From: a virus
Taxonomy: Duplodnaviria > Heunggongvirae > Uroviricota > Caudoviricetes
IMG/VR virus record: IMGVR_UViG_2740892423_000023
Location: 1-34,951 of that record
DNA: 34,951 nucleotides
Direction: 5' to 3' (one strand)
Below the pieces are notes generated by a model. That model was given only the letters and a program-made list of their open reading frames with translations, made no database searches and was not told where the DNA came from. Of the stretch, positions 25,096-31,854 are shown piece by piece. A program made the translations under genes and the position numbers. Each line of letters starts with the position of its first letter. Within the stretch, counting starts at the first letter, position 1.

Positions 25096-25484
25096 TACTC
25101 ACCTCCCTTACCCTGAAGCATGGCGGCGCAGCAGGCGTTCCATGAAATTTCCTGAAGGGAACGACGAATCTGTGTGCTGCATATACTCCTCCCTGACTCC
25201 TGGCTGTTAAACCATGTTTCAAATTCCGGCACCACCGTCGCTGGCGGGGCAGCGTAGAGTGGAATGCCTCTCCCTCCATAAGAAAATTCGTTGCGAGCGT
25301 TATACTCACGACCATCTGCGTCATCACGCATCCATGCCACCGGCTCTGCTTCCAGCGATGCCAGCGCGATACGAAACACATTGGCAAGCAGGCTGTTTGA
25401 AGATTGGTTATCGTGCGCCGGGTCGCTCAGGAAACCAGTGATGAATGATTTAATCTCCGCTTTTTCTCTGGTTATAGTGGTCAT
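25095..25484 (-). CDS. Hypothetical protein (129 aa)
   Basis: ORF 25095-25565; start refined to ATG 25484 (MTTITREKAEIKS) with AGGAG RBS, just after upstream stop. Confidence 0.5.
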   Translation of the reverse strand: MTTITREKAEIKSFITGFLSDPAHDNQSSNSLLANVFRIALASLEAEPVAWMRDDADGREYNARNEFSYGGRGIPLYAAPPATVVPEFETWFNSQESGRSICSTQIRRSLQEISWNACCAAMLQGKGGE

Positions 25485-25485
25485 A

Positions 25486-26076
25486 TCACTCTCCTTTGAT
25501 GCGAATGCCTGCGGCACGTAGCACATTAACTTCCACGATGCGCACAGTTGGTTTGTACATCTCAATTGCTGTCAGCCAGTCAGCGCCAGTCATGCGCTTT
25601 TCTGCATCGCCATTAGTCCACTTAACCGGTACACCAATAGCCTTCATCGCGATTTCTATTTCCCCGGCAATGGCGCTTTTTCCGCAACCAGTAAAACCAG
25701 ATACAACGACAAGAACTTCGCCTTTGGCTGGTTTTATTTCCCGTGCTTCCAGTTCTGCTATGCGCTTCTCTGCGGCTTCCAGCTTCTTGTAAAGAGCATC
25801 CCAACTTGTCGAGTTATCCATAACCAGCTTTGTAACCCGCTCTTCGCGTGATTTGTAATACTCCAGTTCATCCAGCAGTGCCAGCACGGTAGCCGGATTG
25901 GCTGCTGCTATGAATCGCTTATTGGCGCGATTATCTGGTCCTGAGCATGATGCTATGTAGTAATTTGCGTTCAGTCCGGCATCAGCAATTACCCCATAGT
26001 AATCATCAGAACACCATTCGCCTGGTGTTGCATTTTCTGCCGCCATTCGCAGTGCCTGATAGTTAACTTCACTCAC
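25486..26076 (-). CDS. Ead/Ea22-like protein
   Basis: 196-aa ORF, GTG start with AGGAGG RBS; N-terminal ...ALRMAAENATPGEW... typical of Ea22-like proteins of lambdoid phages. Confidence 0.6.
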   Translation of the reverse strand: MSEVNYQALRMAAENATPGEWCSDDYYGVIADAGLNANYYIASCSGPDNRANKRFIAAANPATVLALLDELEYYKSREERVTKLVMDNSTSWDALYKKLEAAEKRIAELEAREIKPAKGEVLVVVSGFTGCGKSAIAGEIEIAMKAIGVPVKWTNGDAEKRMTGADWLTAIEMYKPTVRIVEVNVLRAAGIRIKGE

Positions 26077-26329
26077 TGGTTGCCTCCTTTTTCCATGTTT
26101 TCAGACTTTCACCACAGAACGGGCAAAATGAGACTCGAATAGGTGATTTAGAAAACTCACCAGAACGCAACATCACCAAATCAGGTCCACGGGTTAAACT
26201 CTCATTCCAGATTTTGTATAGCAGTAAGCCTTTTCTTACTGAGCATTCAGCATCGTGCTCAAGAGACTTTGCCAATGCAGCACACGGCTCTATTCGATTG
26301 CCATTAATTCGACACTTTAATTCACTCAC
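26069..26329 (-). CDS. Small Cys-containing protein (87 aa), possible zinc-binding
   Basis: ORF 26069-26392; GTG 26329 with GGGAGGAG RBS, GTGA overlap with upstream ORF; paired Cys (C-x13-C ... CPFC). Confidence 0.4.
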   Translation of the reverse strand: MSELKCRINGNRIEPCAALAKSLEHDAECSVRKGLLLYKIWNESLTRGPDLVMLRSGEFSKSPIRVSFCPFCGESLKTWKKEATSE

Positions 26330-26490
26330 TTCAACTCCTCCCGACGACGTTCCTGAAGTTCCAGCATTGCGGCCCGGAAATCCTGCCACCATTCCTCATC
26401 GGCAACGGGGCTGTTTCGCTCCAGCACCTTGTCCGCATCGGCAATCAGTCTGGTCAGGCTCTTATCGCTTATTCTGGTTTGCTGGTTCAC
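26326..26490 (-). CDS. Small hypothetical protein (54 aa)
   Basis: Hand translation from GTG 26490 with AGGAGG RBS: VNQQTRISDKSLTRLIADADKVLERNSPVADEEWWQDFRAAMLELQERRREELK. Confidence 0.4.
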   Translation of the reverse strand: MNQQTRISDKSLTRLIADADKVLERNSPVADEEWWQDFRAAMLELQERRREELK

Positions 26491-26777
26491 TGCGCCGCCT
26501 CCTGTTCATTTTTTTCACTCCGGTATACCAAAATCACGACATCACCTACGGGGATAACGCGGGTTGGTTCTCCCGGCTCTATGCTGTCGATATCGAAGGC
26601 CTCAAAAAACGCATTCATTGCCTTCTGCTGCTGCGTCTGTTTACGGTGCTTATTCCATGTTTTCAGGAATACAAGGGACAGCCACATCCCGGCGCGGAGC
26701 ATGATGTAACACCAACCGAGAAGAGCGATGCCTGCATTCATGGCTATATCTATCGTTATCGTTTTATCAATGACCAT
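26487..26777 (-). CDS. Small membrane protein (96 aa, hydrophobic N-terminal half)
   Basis: AGGAGG RBS; hydrophobic ITIDIAMNAGIALLGWCYIMLRAGMWLSLVFL. Confidence 0.5.
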   Translation of the reverse strand: MVIDKTITIDIAMNAGIALLGWCYIMLRAGMWLSLVFLKTWNKHRKQTQQQKAMNAFFEAFDIDSIEPGEPTRVIPVGDVVILVYRSEKNEQEAAQ

Positions 26778-26997
26778 TGCCAGCCTCCTGTTTTGCCACT
26801 TTAAACGCCCGTAACATCGGGACCGTCTTACCGTAGATGACGGTTCTCATTAAAAGACCGCCACCGCTCTGATGGTGCACTTCAGGGGCCGCAAACAGCG
26901 CCGCATCCACAACCCGGCAATAGCGACGGAACTCCCAGAACCAGCAGGTGACAATGATTTTTGCAGTAACCCCATAGTCATAAAATTCAATATTCAT
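26767..26997 (-). CDS. Hypothetical protein (76 aa)
   Basis: ATGA overlap with upstream ORF; AAGGAGG upstream. Confidence 0.45.
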   Translation of the reverse strand: MNIEFYDYGVTAKIIVTCWFWEFRRYCRVVDAALFAAPEVHHQSGGGLLMRTVIYGKTVPMLRAFKVAKQEAGNGH

Positions 26998-27221
26998 TTG
27001 CAGTTAAACCTCCTTTTGTGACGTTCTACAGCGGCTTTCATGGCGTTGTGTACGGTTCTTTTAATAATCCGGTGTCCCGCACTGTCATAGAACCGCCACC
27101 GGGAAGCCCCCGGATATTTAGGGAACTCAACCGCCGCGCTACCGTCATTCATCCTGTATTCGTGGCGTTCTCCGGGAGGCTGGTATATTGCTTCGGTAAC
27201 ACTGAGAAGTTTAAAAGCCAT
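26994..27221 (-). CDS. Hypothetical protein (75 aa)
   Basis: GGAGGGGG RBS 5 nt before ATG 27221, immediately after DUF2786-like gene stop. Confidence 0.45.
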   Translation of the reverse strand: MAFKLLSVTEAIYQPPGERHEYRMNDGSAAVEFPKYPGASRWRFYDSAGHRIIKRTVHNAMKAAVERHKRRFNCK

Positions 27222-27223
27222 CG

Positions 27224-27934
27224 TTACCCCCTCCCCAGTGCCAGCGGTCTGTTGCTCTGACCATTAACCCCCTGATGCAGCCTGGCGTTTTTCCCGGCGA
27301 TAAAACCGGCAGTAGCGGCAAACTCTGCACCCCGACACGCTTTAGCTGTGCGCATATCCCCGTCGCGCAGTCCTTTAGTGCTGTGCAGGTTCTTTCTGTA
27401 AAGCTCAAGGCGACTTTTTTCTTCCGGGGAGACGTCATACACCGCAATGACATCACGGGCACCAAAGACCCAGCCTTCGCAGAACTGGTCGCCACGGGCT
27501 ACCCGCGTGGACGGGCCGCAACGTTTGCAGTGTTTATCCTGATATTTCTTGCGCTCTGCCATCATCTGACGGGAAAGCACATCAAACGCGTAAGCCGCGA
27601 TTTCCGGGCGGCTGTCAGAGCCATAAAAACGCACGTGACGTTTGAGTGAACCAGAAGCCCGGTACTCACCGGATATGTAACACTCGACACCGAAGGCTTT
27701 ACAGACCAGGTCACACAGGATGTGCATATAACGCGGCGGCGTACTGGCATCACTCGGCGCACCCGCGCTGGCAGCTTCCTGAATGTCGAACAATTCAGCG
27801 TCGTTTTCGCTGATGCCATGCTGGCGCATATAAACCTGGGCTTTTGCAATAGCGTTAGCGGCTTCTTCCGGGCTTGATGTCCCTCTGGCAAGGCGTAACA
27901 GTTTTTTGATTTTGGCAATGTATTTATCTTTCAT
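27224..27934 (-). CDS. DUF2786-like protein (236 aa)
   Basis: N-terminus MKDKYIAKIKKLLRLARGTSSPEEAANAIAKAQVYMRQHGI matches the pattern I recall for DUF2786. Confidence 0.55.
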   Translation of the reverse strand: MKDKYIAKIKKLLRLARGTSSPEEAANAIAKAQVYMRQHGISENDAELFDIQEAASAGAPSDASTPPRYMHILCDLVCKAFGVECYISGEYRASGSLKRHVRFYGSDSRPEIAAYAFDVLSRQMMAERKKYQDKHCKRCGPSTRVARGDQFCEGWVFGARDVIAVYDVSPEEKSRLELYRKNLHSTKGLRDGDMRTAKACRGAEFAATAGFIAGKNARLHQGVNGQSNRPLALGRG

Positions 27935-27947
27935 GGTCGTCTGAACC

Positions 27948-28130
27948 TCAGCATCCTGAATTCTGAATTACGCGACTTCCGGCACGGCCTTCAGGAGCGT
28001 GGGGAGCTCGTTCTGGCTGCGGCGCTGAATGAACATCTGCTGTTGATTGAGAACTGGTCGCAAGACGATTAAAACAAACGATTGTCAGATTAATTTCGCG
28101 GGCGAATTTTTTTTGCTTAGCGATATTCAT
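27948..28130 (-). CDS. Small ORF (60 aa), doubtful
   Basis: GAGGAAG RBS 9 nt before ATG 28130, directly after repeat copy A; product low-complexity. Confidence 0.25.
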   Translation of the reverse strand: MNIAKQKKFAREINLTIVCFNRLATSSQSTADVHSAPQPERAPHAPEGRAGSRVIQNSGC

Positions 28131-28146
28131 AAATAAACTTCCTCAG

Positions 28147-28205
28147 ATTCAGGCGTAAGCCAGCCCCGGCGGGTTTACGCCATATACAAATAAAATTAAA
28201 AACAG
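28147..28205 (-). repeat. Repeat copy A: 35-bp GC-rich palindromic core plus A/T-rich tail
   Basis: attcaggcgtaagccagccccggcgggtttacgcc at 28147-28181, identical to 28772-28806; outer arms GGCGTAA/TTACGCC. Confidence 0.8.
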
Positions 28206-28210
28206 ACTTA

Positions 28211-28762
28211 TTAACTACGACATTCAGCTTTCCGGTAATGACGGTCAACAGACTTTACGAACGCCTTCACATCACGGGAAATCGAATCCAGCGGATAATA
28301 TTCATTCAGCAGTTCCATTCCACTGAATCGAATCTGAAAAAAATCAGGCTTATCTTTATATGACTCCATCAGGTCAATAAACCGCAACTGACGCGGGAGG
28401 GATTCCTGCACGCCTGAAATAGTGAGCAAATCACCTTCAAGAATGTCCCGGAGGTCTTCCATACCCTCCCTACATGACTGCATGGATATTCTTGTCAGTA
28501 TGTTGCGTGTCGCGAGGTACAGTGCCACCGTGTCATTTGCCATCATGGCGAACAAATCCCCCTGAATATAAGCCCCCTTACTGGCCATAGCATTCCCGGC
28601 AATCTGGGCATTAAGTACCACATCCATAAAACTACCGGGTCCTCCCAGACGTCCCAGCAATGATGACGCCCATAACGTTACATTGGTTAACTTCTCAGAT
28701 GAACGGGTAGCAAAACCTTCAGGAGTAACAATAAAATCCCAGACTTTATCTTTCATATACAA
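28211..28762 (-). CDS. Hypothetical protein (183 aa), repeat-flanked cargo gene
   Basis: AAGGGGA RBS; no family recognised; lower GC than flanks; bracketed by repeat copies A and B. Confidence 0.6.
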   Translation of the reverse strand: MYMKDKVWDFIVTPEGFATRSSEKLTNVTLWASSLLGRLGGPGSFMDVVLNAQIAGNAMASKGAYIQGDLFAMMANDTVALYLATRNILTRISMQSCREGMEDLRDILEGDLLTISGVQESLPRQLRFIDLMESYKDKPDFFQIRFSGMELLNEYYPLDSISRDVKAFVKSVDRHYRKAECRS

Positions 28763-28771
28763 ATCCCCTTA

Positions 28772-28831
28772 ATTCAGGCGTAAGCCAGCCCCGGCGGGTT
28801 TACGCCTGTTTTAAATAACAATTAAAAACAA
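28772..28831 (-). repeat. Repeat copy B: 35-bp GC-rich palindromic core plus A/T-rich tail
   Basis: Identical 35-bp core at 28772-28806 followed by tgttttaaataacaattaaaaacaa, similar to the copy A tail. Confidence 0.8.
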
Positions 28832-28837
28832 ATTAAA

Positions 28838-29029
28838 TTAATGCGGTGCTTTCAGTGTTTCGACTTTTACGAAATAAGGCTCGACATTAATTTCAACCAC
28901 ACAACCACATTTAAAATCTCTGGCCGGTGAAACGGTTTTCACCACACGACCACCACGCAACGCCGGATGTGCAGTGTGCATGAAGCGAGTCCCTACCGGA
29001 TACTGCTTATTAAAGTTCTTCGCATTCAT
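28838..29029 (-). CDS. Hypothetical protein (63 aa)
   Basis: GGAGG RBS 7 nt before ATG 29029. Confidence 0.45.
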   Translation of the reverse strand: MNAKNFNKQYPVGTRFMHTAHPALRGGRVVKTVSPARDFKCGCVVEINVEPYFVKVETLKAPH

Positions 29030-29243
29030 GGCGTGGCCTCCAGCCCTTCAGGTGAGCGTTAGCGCAGAACTCCGCACGATGTTCAGCCCAGATACGACGC
29101 AGGGTACTACATGGGCTTTGTGCTGCCTTACGCCACAGCTTTTCAGCCCCGGCATAATCGCCGCGTTGTTCTGCTCTGGATGCACCCAGCGAATACGCTG
29201 CGCAACTATTTCCGGCTCTGTACTCTTTGATATCCTGATGCAT
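29010..29243 (-). CDS. Hypothetical protein (about 77 aa)
   Basis: ORF 29010-29354; start refined to ATG 29243 (MHQDIKEYRAGN), 2 nt after upstream stop. Confidence 0.45.
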   Translation of the reverse strand: MHQDIKEYRAGNSCAAYSLGASRAEQRGDYAGAEKLWRKAAQSPCSTLRRIWAEHRAEFCANAHLKGWRPRHECEEL

Positions 29244-29244
29244 G

Positions 29245-29889
29245 TTAAACCCCTGCAATATCAAGCGGGATTGCGCGGTATTCATCAGAATCACCGACGC
29301 GCTCATACACGCGGATATAGCTTTTGCTGCCAACCACCTGGACGGCTTCACCAATCAGCGTCATGGCGTTATCCCAGCGCTCCTCCGTAATATCGAGACG
29401 ACGCAGAGCCAGAACGCGCCCGGTGTTAATATTGCCTTCCTTGTCCGTGCTGAATGCCTCACTGATGATGGCTTTAATTTCAGGGCGCGCTCCTTCCGTC
29501 CAGTCAGCCAGGCAATCATCAATCAGCGATTTCGCGGTCTGGATGCGCTCATCAAACGCGATACGGTCCTGCATAGCGCGCTGAATCTTGTAGCGTCCGT
29601 CAAAGCTGTAAAGCGTGATATTGCCTTTTTTACCGCCTTTCACAGCGCCGTATTTCTCCGCCGACAGGTCAATAAATGCCTGAATATCACCAAACGCGCG
29701 CAGTTTCAGTTCACGCAGCGAGGCGGAGGCAGCAATCACCATCTCCACAAGCTCACCGACCAGCTGCTCGCGGTCGCGGTCAATATCTTTGATAAGGCTT
29801 TCAGGTGTCATTACGCCACGGGCATCCACCCAGTAACCTTCAGGCGCTTGAGTTTTCGTGTATTGCTTAACTTTATTTTCAGTCGTCAT
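29245..29889 (-). CDS. Conserved Mu-like early protein (214 aa; possibly DUF3164-like)
   Basis: MTTENKVKQYTKTQAPEGYWVDARGVMTPESL...; family name from memory only. Confidence 0.5.
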   Translation of the reverse strand: MTTENKVKQYTKTQAPEGYWVDARGVMTPESLIKDIDRDREQLVGELVEMVIAASASLRELKLRAFGDIQAFIDLSAEKYGAVKGGKKGNITLYSFDGRYKIQRAMQDRIAFDERIQTAKSLIDDCLADWTEGARPEIKAIISEAFSTDKEGNINTGRVLALRRLDITEERWDNAMTLIGEAVQVVGSKSYIRVYERVGDSDEYRAIPLDIAGV

Positions 29890-29918
29890 AATTAAATTAC
29901 CTCAGTGATATTTACAGA

Positions 29919-30134
29919 TTAATGTGTGTTATGCGCGCAGGGTTCCACGCCAACAGAAAATAAATCAACGCCGTTAAATTCTTTATTAAGAGTTTGATTC
30001 ATTGCCTCCCATAACCGTTGTCTTACTCCGACCTCTTCATCCGTAAATCCTTTTTTATCAACAGCCCCCATGCTTCTGACACGAAGCGTACCGTTTTCAT
30101 CGGTATAGATAATTACTTCTAACTTAACCGCCAT
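29919..30134 (-). CDS. Hypothetical protein (71 aa)
   Basis: ORF 29919-30155; likely start ATG 30134 (MAVKLEVIIYTDENG) with AAGGTGGA RBS. Confidence 0.45.
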   Translation of the reverse strand: MAVKLEVIIYTDENGTLRVRSMGAVDKKGFTDEEVGVRQRLWEAMNQTLNKEFNGVDLFSVGVEPCAHNTH

Positions 30135-30315
30135 GTTTTCCACCTTTGAAATCAAACGATTTAAAAATAATTTCGTTCATAAAACAGTGAGTTTTTATGA
30201 TAATGTCGGAAACCTGCTCTCCCGTGACATCAGGCGGCAACTGATACGTCGCGACGGCTTTCTCCGGTTTACCAGGCCTGTCCAGGCTGAAAGTTAACTC
30301 AAGCTCTAATGACAT
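30124..30315 (-). CDS. Hypothetical protein (63 aa)
   Basis: GAGGAA RBS 6 nt before ATG 30315. Confidence 0.45.
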   Translation of the reverse strand: MSLELELTFSLDRPGKPEKAVATYQLPPDVTGEQVSDIIIKTHCFMNEIIFKSFDFKGGKHGG

Positions 30316-30330
30316 TTTCAGTTCCTCGTT

Positions 30331-30597
30331 TTACTGCCATACGACGGTGCAGCCGTCGATACAGGATGTTTTCACCACGCGGCGCAGGCCGCTGAATGTC
30401 TGGACGATTTCCGTTACCGGCCATACAGGACCACCCACAGGTGGGCAGGCATAAACCACAGGTAAACGGTGATGTTGCCCCGTTACACGACCGCCGGTGG
30501 TGTGGATGGCCACACGGGCACGGGAACGGACGGCATTAATGGTCTGCTTTTCCATCGTCTTGTTCTCCATCAGTGAATTAACATTTCTGCGCTGCAT
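30331..30597 (-). CDS. Hypothetical protein (88 aa)
   Basis: ORF 30331-30648; ATG 30597 overlaps upstream stop (TAATG). Confidence 0.4.
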   Translation of the reverse strand: MQRRNVNSLMENKTMEKQTINAVRSRARVAIHTTGGRVTGQHHRLPVVYACPPVGGPVWPVTEIVQTFSGLRRVVKTSCIDGCTVVWQ

Positions 30598-30947
30598 TAT
30601 CTGAGTGCAAACGCAAGTCGTGGCTGATAACGGGGAAGACGGGCACACATACGCGCAAGACGATAAGCCCGACGAAACCCCTGTAAAGTCTGCTCAAAAG
30701 GAATAATCATTAATCGCGCACAGCATTCATCAACATCCCAGTCGTCGCTGGTATTTCCGGTTCCATTGATTTCCCGTTCACGGGAATACAAATCAATGCG
30801 CAGTTCACCCGGCACGAAGCAATCAACAAACGGAATAATTTCACCAGGGGTTCCATTAGAATAAATACAACCATTACGACCAATACTCTGTAGTGCCCTT
30901 ATTTCATTTCTGAGAGCCATTTTTTCCATGCGCAAAACTCCAGTCAC
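30597..30947 (-). CDS. Hypothetical early protein (116 aa; start GTG 30947 or ATG 30929)
   Basis: First gene after MuB (kil-region position); GTGA overlap with MuB stop. Confidence 0.45.
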   Translation of the reverse strand: MTGVLRMEKMALRNEIRALQSIGRNGCIYSNGTPGEIIPFVDCFVPGELRIDLYSREREINGTGNTSDDWDVDECCARLMIIPFEQTLQGFRRAYRLARMCARLPRYQPRLAFALR

Positions 30948-31837
30948 TTAATTAACATTTCGGAGAATTTCTCAATAGCTTTTACGCTCACTGGCACTTT
31001 GGTGACATCACTCATCCGGTACACGCCACGCACCAGTTTGAACAGGCGACGGGCGTTACCACGCGAATATGTATAAAGCGCCTCGCCGATTTCTGGCGTT
31101 TCCGCTTCCGGCATCAATTCTGTGGCTATTGGCGTAAAATCCTCTGGCGACAACGTATTCCCCATATCAAGCGCCACACCCACACGACTGTATAACTGAG
31201 CGAACTCCCCGCGATTACCCTTAAGATTAGTCACAAGGCGCGGCATACCCGCCAGAACAATCCCGATACCCGCCTTGTCATGCAGACGGCGCAGAACCTC
31301 CAGTGCACGGTAGGGGAGTAGCTCGGCTTCATCCACCATCAGCAGACGACCGGAATCACGCAGTTCGCGCACACAGACATCAATCAGTTCGTGAATACTG
31401 CCGCGAACCTTTACCCCCAGCTGGCGACACAGCTCCCCGAGTAGCGCCCTGGCTGTATAGCCGGTGTCAGCCTCAATCAGTATCGCATCCCGGTTTCTGG
31501 CGGCGTATTCACTCAGAATCATTGTTTTTCCAAGACCAGCCTCGCCATGCAGCACGCAGATTTCACAATACGCATGAGCATAAGAGAGCATCTCCAGCCC
31601 TTTATCTGCCATTTCCGTGGCGACAAATTTCGCTTTAACACGACGATTACTTTGCTTCTCCAGCTCACGACTGACAAAGGAAGATATACGCTCTTCAACG
31701 TCAGTAACGTCACCTACATATTTACCCTGTAAGTACTGGTTGATAACGGCGCTACTACGACCAATTGCACGACCAACGTGGGTCTGCGTATAGCCGCAAC
31801 GGGCCATTACGTCATTTAATTGCGTAATTAAACTCAT
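30944..31837 (-). CDS. Transposition ATPase, MuB-like (AAA+)
   Basis: 297-aa ORF; Walker A GEAGLGKT, Walker B LLMVDEAE; directly downstream of transposase. Confidence 0.9.
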   Translation of the reverse strand: MSLITQLNDVMARCGYTQTHVGRAIGRSSAVINQYLQGKYVGDVTDVEERISSFVSRELEKQSNRRVKAKFVATEMADKGLEMLSYAHAYCEICVLHGEAGLGKTMILSEYAARNRDAILIEADTGYTARALLGELCRQLGVKVRGSIHELIDVCVRELRDSGRLLMVDEAELLPYRALEVLRRLHDKAGIGIVLAGMPRLVTNLKGNRGEFAQLYSRVGVALDMGNTLSPEDFTPIATELMPEAETPEIGEALYTYSRGNARRLFKLVRGVYRMSDVTKVPVSVKAIEKFSEMLIK

Positions 31838-31854
31838 ATTAAATACCTTTTAAA

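Noticed and set aside
28147-28181. 35-bp palindromic core as a rho-independent terminator
   Set aside because: On the minus strand the U-rich tract precedes the hairpin instead of following it, and on the plus strand only one copy is followed by a T-run; the terminator reading is inconsistent, so it is reported as a repeat element of unknown role.
29245-29889. 214-aa protein as Gam (host nuclease inhibitor)
   Set aside because: Size and sequence do not resemble the Mu Gam I recall; it fits a different conserved early-protein family better (tentatively DUF3164-like).
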